A DNA stretch of 64,000 bases, taken from the NCBI GenBank assembly GCA_963663235.2, contig CAXXNO010000004.1:132515-196514 (forward strand), given 5' to 3'. Shown here one piece after another: positions 19,047 to 28,258 of the stretch (position 1 is the stretch's first letter; every line of letters begins with the position of its first letter). Under the pieces are notes generated by a model. It was not told the DNA's origin, searched no databases, and saw only the letters and a program-made list of their open reading frames with translations. This DNA comes from Dehalococcoidia bacterium. GTDB lineage: Bacteria; Chloroflexota; Dehalococcoidia; Bin125. Both the position numbers and the translations under genes were made by a program.

Positions 19047-21214
19047 CCCTGCGGCCAGGGACCGCCGCGCCCCTCCACCAGCACCCAGACGGCCTCAAAG
19101 TGGGGAAGTTCAGTGAGCGTCGGGGGCAGAGGGCTGCGCGAGATGTAGGCGCGGAAGCGCTGCCGCTCCTCGGCCCAGGCGTAGACCGCCACGATCTCCG
19201 CAGTCGTTTGGGTGAGCGCCGTTTGTGGGTCGGTGGTGGGACCAGCCCAAACGACCAGTTGCCACCCTGGCTGTAACGTCGGTGCCTGGAAGAGCGCACG
19301 GAACTGCCGCCAGGGGACCGGAGGCGTTCGTCCCATGAAGATCCAGAGCCCCTGGCCGGTACGGATCTCGTCGATGGTGAAGAGGGGGTCACCGGGCACG
19401 GCCAGTTCCCACGCCTCCCCGTTGCGGGCGAAGACGCGGCGCGCGGCGGGGGGGAGATCGGCCAGCACGACGTCGCCGGGGCCGGTGGGGCCGGCCCAGC
19501 TCACCAGGTTCCAGCCGGGACGCAGCACCACATCACGCGGCAAGGCCACGGTCAGCGGCGTGGAAGGACGCGAGGCGCCACCGGCGCTCGTGGCGACGGC
19601 GGTGAGCGCGACCTGGGCGACCGTGCCATCGAAGCGCTGCAGCAAGACGCGCAGCGTGAAGTGGCCCGTCGCGTCGGCTTGGACAGTGGCGATCTGCTCG
19701 CCCGGCGGATCGGCGGAGACCGCCACGGCGCTGCCCACGGCGGCGGTCCCTTCCAGCTCGATGGCTGTGACGGCCACGAGCGCCTGGGTGATCGCCGGCG
19801 GCGCGGGCGCGCCGGCCTGGAGGGCCGTGAGCGTCGCGCCGAAGTGCAAGCGGCCGCTGCCGTCCCAACCAGGCGCCCCGGCGTCGGGGAGGTCCACGGC
19901 GCCGTCGCTGAGCAGGCGGCGCACATCATCGGAGGAGGCGGCGGGATCCAGGGCGCGGATCAAGACGACCGCGCCCGTGACGAAGGGAGCAGAGAAAGAC
20001 GTGCCAGTGCCCGTGTCGAAGGTGGGCTCGCCGGTCAGCGCCTGCACGCTGGTGGACAGGACGTCTACACCGAGCGCCACGAACTCCACCTCGGGGCCTA
20101 TCGGGGAGAAGAGCGGACGGACGTCCGGGGCCTGCTCCCCATCGTGCGAGCCCACGGCGATCACATCGGGCAACGCGGCGGGGAAGGTCACGTCGAACCC
20201 GGTATTGCCGGCGGCCCCCACCAGGATCAGGCCGGCAGCGGCTGCGGCCTCCACCGCGATCTGGGCCGACTGCGGGAGCACACTGGCCGCGAGGCTGATG
20301 TTGACGATGTCGGCCCCGTTGGCGATGGCGTACTCGAGGGCGGCGACGAGACCGGAGAAGAGGCCGTCGCCTTCCGGGCTGGTGACGCGCAACGCCATGA
20401 TCGACACCTGCCAGGCGGCGCCGGCGATGCCGAACTGATTGTTGCCCACCGCCGCGATGATCCCGGCAACCTGCGTGCCGTGCCCGACGGCGCCGTCCGG
20501 GACGCCGTCCTGATCCTGGTCCTCGCCGTCCCCCAGGGCGGAGTCACCGGGCTTGGCGTCGGGGTCGTTGTCCTGGCCGGGCCGGCCCGAACCGCTGCCC
20601 TGCCAATCGCTGATGAAGTCGTAGCCGTTAATATCGTCGACGAAGCCGTTGCCGTCGTCATCGAGGCCGTTGCCGGGCACCTCGCCGAGGTTGGTCCAGA
20701 TGTTGGAAGCGAGATCCGGATGGTCGAGGTCAACAGCGCCGTCGATGAGCGCGACCACCACGTCGGGGCGGCCGGTGGTGACGGCCCAGGCCTCGGGCCC
20801 GCCCATGAGGTCATAGAACCAAGCCTGGTCGGTAGCGTACTGGGGGTCGTCGGGCACCACCTGCGCCAGGCGCAGGCTGTAGTTCGGCTCCGCCAGGTCG
20901 ACCAGACCGGCGGCCAAGAGGCGGTGGCGTGTCTCCTCCACGGTCCCGAGCGGCACGCGGAGACGAGTGATGCCTGTCAGGGGATACTCATCGAGGATCT
21001 GGACGTCGAGGCGGTCGAGCGCGGCGACGCGCAGATCGGGCGTCGCCGCCGTCTTGAAGCGCACGAGTAACTCGCCGTCGAGAAAGCTTTCGGCCCCAGA
21101 GGACGGAGGCGGCGGCGCGGGAGCATCGGCGCGGAGGCCCCCCCCGGTCAGTACCGCGCCGGCAAGGACGAGGGCCACCCAGAGTGCGGGGAACAGGGAG
21201 CGGCGTCGCAGCAT
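19043..21214 (-). CDS. S8-family (subtilisin-like) serine peptidase with I9-like propeptide and two C-terminal GWxLV modules
   Basis: Catalytic contexts ALIDGAVDLDHPDL (Asp), HGTQVAGIIAA (His) and GTSFSAPFVTGA (Ser). The start is set at ATG 21214 (MLRRRSLFPALWVALVLAGA signal peptide). Its TAG stop shares a CTAG palindrome with the stop of the convergent lipoprotein gene. Confidence 0.92.
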   Translation of the reverse strand: MLRRRSLFPALWVALVLAGAVLTGGGLRADAPAPPPPSSGAESFLDGELLVRFKTAATPDLRVAALDRLDVQILDEYPLTGITRLRVPLGTVEETRHRLLAAGLVDLAEPNYSLRLAQVVPDDPQYATDQAWFYDLMGGPEAWAVTTGRPDVVVALIDGAVDLDHPDLASNIWTNLGEVPGNGLDDDGNGFVDDINGYDFISDWQGSGSGRPGQDNDPDAKPGDSALGDGEDQDQDGVPDGAVGHGTQVAGIIAAVGNNQFGIAGAAWQVSIMALRVTSPEGDGLFSGLVAALEYAIANGADIVNISLAASVLPQSAQIAVEAAAAAGLILVGAAGNTGFDVTFPAALPDVIAVGSHDGEQAPDVRPLFSPIGPEVEFVALGVDVLSTSVQALTGEPTFDTGTGTSFSAPFVTGAVVLIRALDPAASSDDVRRLLSDGAVDLPDAGAPGWDGSGRLHFGATLTALQAGAPAPPAITQALVAVTAIELEGTAAVGSAVAVSADPPGEQIATVQADATGHFTLRVLLQRFDGTVAQVALTAVATSAGGASRPSTPLTVALPRDVVLRPGWNLVSWAGPTGPGDVVLADLPPAARRVFARNGEAWELAVPGDPLFTIDEIRTGQGLWIFMGRTPPVPWRQFRALFQAPTLQPGWQLVVWAGPTTDPQTALTQTTAEIVAVYAWAEERQRFRAYISRSPLPPTLTELPHFEAVWVLVEGRGGPWPQG

Positions 21215-21330
21215 GGCCCTCAGTCTAGGGACAGCCGGGGCAACGAGCAGAATGCGACGCGCGGGCCGCGCCGGGACGCCCACCCAACCCAGGCTGCGCC
21301 ACGGGCGGGCATGCGCGATATCATGACGCC

Positions 21331-22431
21331 ATGGGCTGGCCGCGGCTGAGCGAGCGCAGTAGAACGTCCGTGGAGCACGCGGCGACCTCCCTCCACGCCG
21401 GATGGCACCGACCAAAGAGCGCGCGAGACTGGGCGCGCCTGGCCGCCTGGGGGCTGTTGGCGTTTGGGCTGGCGGCGCCGATCATCCGCCTCACCGTGGG
21501 CTACGACAGCATCGGCCTGGCGTTCACGCTCCCGGTTGCGCTGGGGGCGCTGCTCTGGGTCACGCCGCGCCGCTATGAGCTGCGCACGTGGCTGTTCTAC
21601 GTCGTGGCCCTCTACTTCTTCACCCAACTCCGGGACGCGGCGGATGAAACCTCGATCAAGGCGAGCACCGGCTACGTCCTGGACTGGGAGCTGTGGATGT
21701 TCGGCGGGGACACCCCCTCCGCCTGGCTGCAAGCGCGCGCGGGCGGCGCACAGGGGGATCCGGGAGCGCTGGCGTTCTTCTCCGCGTTCGTGCATTGGAG
21801 CTGGTTCATCTTCCCGCACGCCGTGGTGGTGGCGACCTTCTTTTTCGCGCGGGCGATGTTCTTCCGGGTGGCGGTGATCATGGCCGGCACGTACTTCTTT
21901 GCGGTGGCGCTCTACTATCTCGTGCCCACCGTCCCGCCTTGGATGGCGGTGGAGCAAGGAGCACTTACGGGGATCCGGCGGATCATGGAGGACGTGGGGC
22001 CGCAACTGGTGGGACAGAGCGTCTGGGACAGCGTGTTTGGCGTCTTCGCCGATCCCAACCCGCGCGCGGCGATCCCATCGCTGCACTTTGCGGCGTCATT
22101 CACCGCGCTGATCGTGGCGGTGTTCCTGCGGGCCCCGCGGCTCTTCGCCTTCGCGCTGCTGTACTGCATTGTGCTCACGTTTGCGTTGATGTACTTGGGC
22201 GAGCATTACTTCGCCGACATTCTGGCCGGCGGGGCGGCGGCGCTGGCCTCCGTCTTTATCGTGGAGACGGCGCTGGGCAACGGCCCCGGCGTGGGCATCG
22301 CCCGGTGGGTGCGCACCCGTGTGGCCGCAACCGGAAGGGCCCCGCAACCGAGCGGCGCGGCGGGCGCTCCGGGCCGTGGCGGATTCCCCACCGCTCGTCA
22401 TCGATGCCGTGGCACCCGCGCCAGGAGGTAG
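21331..22431 (+). CDS. PAP2-superfamily membrane protein (inositol-phosphorylceramide-synthase-like / PAP2_C type)
   Basis: Multi-pass membrane protein with the late motifs IPSLHFAASF and GEHYFADILAG. Confidence 0.78.
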   Translation: MGWPRLSERSRTSVEHAATSLHAGWHRPKSARDWARLAAWGLLAFGLAAPIIRLTVGYDSIGLAFTLPVALGALLWVTPRRYELRTWLFYVVALYFFTQLRDAADETSIKASTGYVLDWELWMFGGDTPSAWLQARAGGAQGDPGALAFFSAFVHWSWFIFPHAVVVATFFFARAMFFRVAVIMAGTYFFAVALYYLVPTVPPWMAVEQGALTGIRRIMEDVGPQLVGQSVWDSVFGVFADPNPRAAIPSLHFAASFTALIVAVFLRAPRLFAFALLYCIVLTFALMYLGEHYFADILAGGAAALASVFIVETALGNGPGVGIARWVRTRVAATGRAPQPSGAAGAPGRGGFPTARHRCRGTRARR

Positions 22432-22435
22432 GGCC

Positions 22436-23533
22436 GTGCCCGTCCGCCTGATGCGACGCCTGCTGGGGCTCAGCGTGAGCCCGGTGGGGCGTCTGCTTCT
22501 GGGCATGGCGGTGAGCGCCGTTTTCGCGGTGCTGTTCCTGCGCGGCACGGACTTTGGGGCGGTGGGGAGGGCGTTCAGCGAGGCCGACGTGCGCCTGATC
22601 CTTCTGGGGCTGGCGGCCTATTTCGCGGGCGTCTGGCTGCGCGCCGTGCGGTGGCACTACCTGTTCATGCCGGTGCGTCCGATACCGGCGCGACAACTGT
22701 TCCCCATTGTGGCCATCGGCTACGCGACCAACAACGTGCTGCCGGCGCGCACGGGCGAGGTGGTCCGCGCGCATGTTTTCGGACGGCGGTTCGGCGTCAG
22801 CCAGATGAGCGGCCTGGGCAGCGTGGCCATGGAGCGGCTGTTCGACGGACTCATGCTCACGATCTTTCTCTGCGTGGGCGTGGCGGCGAGCTTGGTGGGG
22901 ATCTTTGGGATGGACTACGCCGGGGACGCCCTGGCCGCCGTCATGGGCTTCCTCATCTTCGGGGTCAGCATCGCGTTCGCGTTGAGCTACCGGATTGCGA
23001 CGCACCCGGAGACGGCGGAACGGATGGTGCGGTGGGGCCTGCGGTTGGTGCCGTGGCTGCGCTCCCGCGACCACGGGTGGATCGGGGCATTCATCGCCGG
23101 GCTGGGGGCGTTGCGGAGCCGACGGCTGTTTACCTCCGCCCTCTGGACCAGCGCCGCGGCCTGGGGCTTCGAGGCGCTGATGTACTGGCTGGTGGGGGAG
23201 GGTTTCGGGCTGAATCAACCGTTCCCGGTGTATTTGCTGATCGCCGCTGCGGCCAACATCATCATCACGGCCCCATCAACCAGCGGCGGGATCGGCCCGT
23301 TCGAATGGGCGGCGAAATCCGTGCTCCTCATCTTCTTGGCCGGTGAAGTCCCAGATGCGGAGGAAAAAGCGATCGCCTACGCGGCGGCCCTGCACGGCTT
23401 AGTGCTAGTGCCGATCACGATCGTGGGGATGGCGTTCCTCTGGTACTACCACGTCCCCCTGGCGCGGCTGGCGCGCACCCGCACGCTGGAAACGCCCGAG
23501 GCCGAGTCCGGCGTGAAACCGTTGCCGCGCTAG
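22436..23533 (+). CDS. flippase-like / lysylphosphatidylglycerol-synthase transmembrane-region family protein (UPF0104)
   Basis: LLGMAVSAVFAVLFLRGTDFGAVGRAFSEADVRLILLGLAAYFAGVWLRAVRWHYLF is typical of the family. The start is set at GTG 22436, with AGGAGG at 22423-22428 lying inside the end of the upstream gene. Confidence 0.85.
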   Translation: MPVRLMRRLLGLSVSPVGRLLLGMAVSAVFAVLFLRGTDFGAVGRAFSEADVRLILLGLAAYFAGVWLRAVRWHYLFMPVRPIPARQLFPIVAIGYATNNVLPARTGEVVRAHVFGRRFGVSQMSGLGSVAMERLFDGLMLTIFLCVGVAASLVGIFGMDYAGDALAAVMGFLIFGVSIAFALSYRIATHPETAERMVRWGLRLVPWLRSRDHGWIGAFIAGLGALRSRRLFTSALWTSAAAWGFEALMYWLVGEGFGLNQPFPVYLLIAAAANIIITAPSTSGGIGPFEWAAKSVLLIFLAGEVPDAEEKAIAYAAALHGLVLVPITIVGMAFLWYYHVPLARLARTRTLETPEAESGVKPLPR

Positions 23534-23550
23534 CAGCGCCAGGCTGCTAG
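23530..23550. terminator. short palindrome containing both convergent stop codons (possible bidirectional terminator)
   Basis: ctagcagc-gccag-gctgctag: an 8-bp stem whose arms carry TAG 23531-23533 (+) and the TAG read from 23549-23547 (-). Confidence 0.3.
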
Positions 23551-24842
23551 GCGGCGCTCTCCGCGGGTACGCGGAGGGCGCCGGAGCGGTAGACGGCGCG
23601 CAGGTCGCCCTGCGCGAGCGACCAAGCCACCAGCACAAGCACAAAGACGATGGCGGGGCCGACCAAGAGCGGGCGCACGCCGATCACGTCCGCCGCGCCG
23701 CCGTTGGCGAGCATCATCAGCGACATCACGCCACCGGCGGCGAGCAGGTAGAGGCTCATCACCCGTCCGCGGAGCGCGTCCGGCACCACCGACTGGATCA
23801 ACGTGAGGGCGAGCGCCATGAAGATCGCCTGCGAGGCTCCGATGACGACGACGGCGGCGATGGCGGCCGTCACCGTGGGGGCCAGTCCCAGCGTGAGCAC
23901 CGCCAGCCCGGAGATGACGCCGGTCACGAGGAACAACGCGCCCCGGGAGGTCCCGCTGCCGATGGTCGAGAGGGCCAGCGTCCCGATCAGAGCGCCGACG
24001 CCGATGCCGGTGATCATCCAGGCGAAGAGGCGCTCGCCGCCGGCCAGCTCGTCGCGGGCGAGGATGGGGAGGAGCGTGTCGAACGACATGGTGAGCATGC
24101 AATGCAACGCGGTGAGGGCGAAGATCATGCGCACCTCCGGCACTCGTCCGACGTAAGCGAGCCCCTCCCGGAGGTTGTCCCGGACCTCCTCCACCACGCT
24201 CCCCTGCACCCCCTTGAGATCGCCCGTCGAGCGGACGCGCACGCGCGTCAGCGCCAGGATGGACGTGAACTGGAAAGCCGCCGCCAACACGAAGACACCC
24301 CCGGCGCCGCCGCCAGCCAGCAGCGGCCCGCCGACTGCCGGGCCGATGGCGCGCGAGCCCCACATCGCGAGCGAAGAGAGGGCGACGGCGTTCATCAGCG
24401 CGCTGGGCCGCACGGTGTTGGGAAGCAGGGCGAACTCCGCGGGCTTCTCGACGGAGCGGGCCAAGCCATCGCCGAAAGCCAGCAGCGCGAGTTGCCAGAA
24501 GGAGATGACGTCGGTGAAGGCGAGAACGGCCAGCGTCACCGAGAGGAGGAGTGAGATCGACCGGGCGCACTGCAAGATGCGGGCGCGATCGAAGCGATCG
24601 GCCAAGACGCCGCCCAAGGGCGAAAGCATGAAGGGCCCGATGGCGGCGAACGTGACCACGCCGATGGCGAGGCCGCTATCGGTCAGCTCCAGCGCCAGCC
24701 AGGCCCGGGCCATGATGGTGGACCAGAGGGCGACGGAGGAGGCGGCGGATGCGCCCCAGAGCCAGCGGTATTCCCGATGACCGAGAGCCGGGAAGCGGCC
24801 ACCGGGCTCGGCGGTGTCCGGCGGGGCCGGAGTGTCGTCCAT
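23547..24842 (-). CDS. MFS transporter
   Basis: About 12 predicted TM helices, with the loop motif GGVLADRFDRARIL. The start is set at ATG 24842 (MDDTPAPP). Confidence 0.88.
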   Translation of the reverse strand: MDDTPAPPDTAEPGGRFPALGHREYRWLWGASAASSVALWSTIMARAWLALELTDSGLAIGVVTFAAIGPFMLSPLGGVLADRFDRARILQCARSISLLLSVTLAVLAFTDVISFWQLALLAFGDGLARSVEKPAEFALLPNTVRPSALMNAVALSSLAMWGSRAIGPAVGGPLLAGGGAGGVFVLAAAFQFTSILALTRVRVRSTGDLKGVQGSVVEEVRDNLREGLAYVGRVPEVRMIFALTALHCMLTMSFDTLLPILARDELAGGERLFAWMITGIGVGALIGTLALSTIGSGTSRGALFLVTGVISGLAVLTLGLAPTVTAAIAAVVVIGASQAIFMALALTLIQSVVPDALRGRVMSLYLLAAGGVMSLMMLANGGAADVIGVRPLLVGPAIVFVLVLVAWSLAQGDLRAVYRSGALRVPAESAA

Positions 24843-24976
24843 ATTGGAGCGCAGTGTACTCTGCCGGATCGCGGCCGGCATCGGGCTGAAGGGGAGCGGC
24901 CGGTCCACTACCCTGGGCGGGCGCGGGCCGGCGGTTCGCGCTCGGCACTCCGATTCGACCGGCAGGAGGATCCCGC

Positions 24977-26650
24977 ATGCCTCTCGACCCTCGTCACCGC
25001 AGCCACGTTCTCGTCGACGGGCCGGGCCGGGCGCCGGCGCGCTCCTACTTCAAGTCGGTCGGGTTCAGCAGCGAGGACCTGCGCCAGCCGCTGGTGATGG
25101 TGGCGCATAGCTGGATCGGCACGATGCCGTGCAACTACAGCCAGCGGGCCCTGGCCCAGGAAGTGATGGCCGGCGTGCGGGCGGCCGGGGGCACGCCGAT
25201 GGAGGTGAACACGATCTCGATCAGCGACGGCATCGCCATGGGCACGGAGGGGATGAAGGCGTCGCTGATCAGTCGTGAGGTGATCGCGGACTCGCTCGAG
25301 TTGTGCGGCGTGGGGTATGCCTTTGATGCCGCGGTGATCATCGTGGGGTGTGACAAGACGATCCCGGCCGCCCCGATGGCGCTGGCGCGGTTGAACATCC
25401 CGGGGGTGGTGCTGTACAGCGGGTCGATTGCGCCGGGGCGGTACAAGGGGCACGACATCACCATCCAAGACGTGTTTGAGGGAGTGGGGCAGGAGGCCGC
25501 CGGCATCATCAGCGCAGCGGAGCTCACGGCGATCGAAGAGGTGGCCTGCCCAGGGGCCGGGGCGTGTGGCGCGCAGTACACCGCGAACACCATGGCCATG
25601 GTGATGGAGTTCATCGGGATGGCGCCGCTGGGCAGCGGGAGCGTCGGCGCGACGGACCCGCGCAAGAACGAGGTGGGGCGGCGCAGCGGCGAACTCTTGA
25701 TGCAGGCGCTGCAGCGGGGCACCCTGCCGCGGGAGATCCTCACGCGCAAGGCGATCGAGAACGGGATCATCTGCACCGCGGCGACGGGTGGGTCCACCAA
25801 CGCCGTGCTGCACCTGCTGGCGATCGCCGCAGAGGCGGACGTGCCGCTGACCCTCGACGATTTCGACCGGATCAGTGAGCAGACGCCGATCATCGGCGAC
25901 CTGCGGCCGGGCGGGCGCTACGTGGCGCTGGACGTCGATCGGGCGGGGGGGACGCCACTGCTGGCGAAACGGCTGCTGGAAGCGGGCAAACTGCATGGCG
26001 ACGTCATGACGGTGACGGGGAGAACGATTGCGGAGGAGGCGGCCGAAGCGGTGGAGACGCCGGGGCAGGACGTGATCCTGCCCGTGGAGCGGGCGCTCAA
26101 GCCGACCGGCGGGCTGGTCATTCTCAAGGGCAACCTGGCCCCAGAGGGCTGCGTGATCAAGGTTGCGGGCCATGAATGGCTCACGCACCGCGGCCCGGCG
26201 CGCGTCTTCGAGCGGGAGGAGGACGCCTTCCAGGCGGTCACGACGGGGCGGATCAAGGCGGAGGACGTGGTGGTGATCCGCAACGAAGGGCCGAAGGGCG
26301 GGCCGGGCATGCGCGAGATGCTGGGTGTCACCGCCGCGCTCGTCGGCGAGGGGCTGGGCGAGCGCGTGGCGCTGTTGACGGACGGCCGGTTCAGCGGCGC
26401 GACGCACGGGCTCATGGCGGGGCACGTGGCGCCGGAAGCGGCGGTGGGCGGGCCGATCGCCGCGGTGCGCGAGGGCGACATCATCAGTTTCGACGTGGCC
26501 AAGCGGCGGCTGGACATCGGGATCGACGAGGCGGAGATGTCGCGCCGGTTGGCGGAGTGGAAGCCGCCCGCGCCTCGCTACCCGCGTGGGGCGTTTGCGA
26601 AATACGCGCGCAGCGTGTCGAGCGCGTCGCAGGGGGCGATCACCGGTTAA
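24977..26650 (+). CDS. ilvD: dihydroxy-acid dehydratase
   Basis: IlvD/Edd hallmarks are present: TMPCN, SDGIAMGTEGM, GCDKTIP and TDGRFSGATHG. Length is 557 aa. Confidence 0.96.
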   Translation: MPLDPRHRSHVLVDGPGRAPARSYFKSVGFSSEDLRQPLVMVAHSWIGTMPCNYSQRALAQEVMAGVRAAGGTPMEVNTISISDGIAMGTEGMKASLISREVIADSLELCGVGYAFDAAVIIVGCDKTIPAAPMALARLNIPGVVLYSGSIAPGRYKGHDITIQDVFEGVGQEAAGIISAAELTAIEEVACPGAGACGAQYTANTMAMVMEFIGMAPLGSGSVGATDPRKNEVGRRSGELLMQALQRGTLPREILTRKAIENGIICTAATGGSTNAVLHLLAIAAEADVPLTLDDFDRISEQTPIIGDLRPGGRYVALDVDRAGGTPLLAKRLLEAGKLHGDVMTVTGRTIAEEAAEAVETPGQDVILPVERALKPTGGLVILKGNLAPEGCVIKVAGHEWLTHRGPARVFEREEDAFQAVTTGRIKAEDVVVIRNEGPKGGPGMREMLGVTAALVGEGLGERVALLTDGRFSGATHGLMAGHVAPEAAVGGPIAAVREGDIISFDVAKRRLDIGIDEAEMSRRLAEWKPPAPRYPRGAFAKYARSVSSASQGAITG

Positions 26651-26671
26651 GGGCGCAGAGAGGAGCGAGGC

Positions 26672-27097
26672 ATGGCCGAGGAGGACAACCGCGCGATTGT
26701 GCGGCGCGCGATCGAGGCGTTCAACAAGCAGGCGGATCGCAGCGGCTACTTCGACATGTACGCGGCGGACGTCGAGCTGCACGGGTTTCCGCCGGGGCTG
26801 CCGCCGGGCCGTACGGGCCTGCAGGCGTTCTATGGACTGCTCTGGTCCGCCTTCCCGGACGGGGAAATCACTCTGGACGACCTGTTCGCGGAAGGGGACC
26901 GGGTCGCCGCCCGGTTTCACATGACGGGCACCCACAAAGGCGACTTCATGGGGCTGGCCCCGACGGGGAAGCCGGTGACGATCGAAGGGATCACTATCCT
27001 GCGCTTCACGAACGGTGAGTGCGTGGAGCGGTGGAACCGCATCGACGACATGGGATTGATGCAGCAGGTCCGCGCGCTGGCGGCGCAGGGCGGCTAG
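26672..27097 (+). CDS. SnoaL-like ester cyclase family protein
   Basis: NRAIVRRAIEAFN..., THKGDFMGLAPTGKPVTIEGITILRFTNGECVERW are typical of the family. Confidence 0.85.
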   Translation: MAEEDNRAIVRRAIEAFNKQADRSGYFDMYAADVELHGFPPGLPPGRTGLQAFYGLLWSAFPDGEITLDDLFAEGDRVAARFHMTGTHKGDFMGLAPTGKPVTIEGITILRFTNGECVERWNRIDDMGLMQQVRALAAQGG

Positions 27098-27115
27098 CCG
27101 CCGCGGCCGCGAGCC

Positions 27116-28141
27116 GTGACGCTGCGCAGCGGGACCGCAGTGCGATGGGCGATCGTCGGGGCGGCATGCGCGCTGGCGGCGCTGGCCGCGGGCTGCGGAG
27201 GCGAGGCCGCAACGGACGGGGAGAGCGCGTCGCGCGCCGTCGTGGAGCCGGCGGTCGAGATGGCGGCGATCGAAGAGGTGGCGGCAGAGCCGGAAGTGGC
27301 GGCCCCCGAACCGCCCCCAGCGGAACCGCGCGCAGCCGATGACCCAGCGCCGAGGAGCGAGGCGCCGCGCCGACCGGTGGTTGTGCTGGACCCCGGACAC
27401 GGGGGCACCGACGTGGGCGCGATGGCGCACGGGGTCACGGAGAAGCATTCCAACCTGGCGATGGCGCTGCGCATCAAAGCGCTGCTGGAGGCGGCGGGCA
27501 TTGACGTGGTACTGACGCGTGAGAGCGACGAGCGGCTGGCGGAGGCGCCATTGGAGACGGAGCTGCCGCGGTTCGCACGGTTCGCGGCCAATCGGGCGGA
27601 CCTGCAAGCGCGAGTCGATCTGGCCAACGGCGCAGAGGCCGACCTGCTCGTGGCGATCCATTCGAACGGGCATCCGGAGGGAAACGTGCGGGGGGTGGAA
27701 GCGTGGTACGACCCCACCCGGCCGTTCGCGGACGAGAACCTGCGCATCGCCGAGTTGTTGATCGCGCACGTGATCACGGAGTTGGGAGCGTTCGGATATG
27801 CGGCGTTCGATCGGGGGGCGCTGGACGACACCTGCTGGCGATCGTTCGAGGGGAACTGCTTTGCGCTGTTCATGCTGGGCCCGCCGCGCGTGATGCAGCG
27901 CGAGCGGCTGGAGGACTTCGGCATCGATCCGGCGGTGCTCGGGTTCGCCCCCGACCAGGAGACGCTGGTCACGCGCGCGACGCAGATGCCCGGCGCGCTG
28001 GTGGAGCTGCTCTTCATCTCGAACGAAGCGGACGCCGCCGTCCTGCACAGTGATGCCGGGCAGGAGGCCCTGGCCCGAGGGGTCGCGGGGGCGGTTCTCG
28101 CCTATTTCAACATTGAACCGACTGAGGGCGAGCCGGACTGA
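27116..28141 (+). CDS. N-acetylmuramoyl-L-alanine amidase (Amidase_3) lipoprotein
   Basis: Lipobox LAALAAGCGG. Also VVVLDPGHGGTDVGA, SNLAMALRIK, HSNG and a C-terminal LFISNEADA. Confidence 0.9.
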   Translation: MTLRSGTAVRWAIVGAACALAALAAGCGGEAATDGESASRAVVEPAVEMAAIEEVAAEPEVAAPEPPPAEPRAADDPAPRSEAPRRPVVVLDPGHGGTDVGAMAHGVTEKHSNLAMALRIKALLEAAGIDVVLTRESDERLAEAPLETELPRFARFAANRADLQARVDLANGAEADLLVAIHSNGHPEGNVRGVEAWYDPTRPFADENLRIAELLIAHVITELGAFGYAAFDRGALDDTCWRSFEGNCFALFMLGPPRVMQRERLEDFGIDPAVLGFAPDQETLVTRATQMPGALVELLFISNEADAAVLHSDAGQEALARGVAGAVLAYFNIEPTEGEPD

Positions 28142-28258
28142 TCGGTCAGCGCCCGGTTCCCGGGCGGTCCCGCCCGGAGCGGCGCGGGGTCAAGCGGGCG
28201 AGAAGGGGACGGCGCGCGAGGCGAGCCGTGGCGGCGAGCGCCACGAACCCCGCAGCCG

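Noticed and set aside
24908-28048. 1046-aa minus-strand ORF
   Set aside because: It is antisense to ilvD, the SnoaL-like gene and the Amidase_3 gene, all of which have strong motifs. The ORF is extremely Arg/Pro/His-rich.
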